The position numbers and the translations under genes were made by a program. The notes under the pieces were generated by a model. It was not told the origin of the DNA, did no database searches, and worked only from the letters and a program-made list of their open reading frames with translations. DNA of 46,540 nt from contig KZ538810.1 of the NCBI GenBank assembly GCA_000934665.2, forward strand, positions 1 through 46,540, read 5' to 3'. Numbering within the stretch: the first letter of the stretch is position 1; each line of letters starts with the position of its first letter. This stretch comes from Catajapyx aquilonaris. Lineage: Eukaryota. Shown here one piece after another: positions 46,019 through 46,540 of the stretch.

Positions 46019-46540
46019 TCACTCGCTTGTATGAATTCGCATGTGCCTTTTCAAATTAGGCGCACGACGAAAGTTTTTCTGGCAGACCTCACATTGAAAT
46101 AGCTTCGCTCCTGTATGAATATTCATATGGGTTTTCAAACTGTATGAATCACGGAGTATTTTCTGGCACACCTCACAAGTGTATGGTTTTTCTCCAGTAT
46201 GAATGTGCATGTGAGTTTTCAAACTGTGTGAATCTCGAAACTTTTTCTGGCACATTTCACAAGTAAATGGTTTTTCTCCTGTATGAATTCGCATGTGACA
46301 TTTCAACTGATTTGATTTACGAAATTTTTTACGGCAGACCTGACAAGTAAATGGTTTTTCTCCCGTATGAATTAGCATGTGAGATTTCAAATTACGTGAA
46401 TCGCTAAGTTTTTTCTGGCAAACCTCACAAGTGAATGGTTTTTCTCCCGTATGAATTTGCATGTGAATTTTCAAATTACTTGCCTGATGAAATTTTTTCT
46501 GGCACACCTCACAAGTGAATGGTTTTTCTCCTGTATGAAT
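46019..46540 (-). CDS. Unit F zinc-finger exon, 3' part (last 6 C2H2 fingers; continues beyond the window)
   Basis: Open frame from the window edge (IHTGEKPFTCEVCQ..) to RIHTSE*; paralogous to the 3' half of unit E. Confidence 0.9.
   Translation of the reverse strand: MHTGEKPFTCEVCQKKFHQASNLKIHMQIHTGEKPFTCEVCQKKLSDSRNLKSHMLIHTGEKPFTCQVCRKKFRKSNQLKCHMRIHTGEKPFTCEMCQKKFRDSHSLKTHMHIHTGEKPYTCEVCQKILRDSYSLKTHMNIHTGAKLFQCEVCQKNFRRAPNLKRHMRIHTSE

Overview
Eukaryotic (animal, probably arthropod) genomic DNA, rich in repeats, with one N-gap. The left ~21 kb has no recognisable host gene. It is a patchwork of non-autonomous DNA elements and foldback inverted repeats, 5'-truncated LINE copies, tRNA-derived SINEs (one with a V-domain), a probable solo LTR and a decayed Academ-like transposon with nested insertions. 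The right ~25 kb is a tandem cluster of minus-strand C2H2 zinc-finger genes, labelled units A-F here. Each unit follows one plan: a promoter block with an octamer and a YY1-like motif, a short non-coding exon, a phase-0 exon for an acidic module rich in PsiKxE motifs (MSLIL..IKKE..VKEE..WRLRVKEE..PPWLD..DPL), and one exon holding the finger array. Units A, C and E look intact (25, 9 and 14 fingers). F runs off the window, and B and D look like pseudogenes. In unit B an internally deleted piggyBac, itself split by a LINE, lies in the sense orientation behind a phase-0 splice acceptor, which suggests an effector-transposase fusion. The units are mosaics of each other. All coordinates were read by eye and family names were not confirmed by database search.
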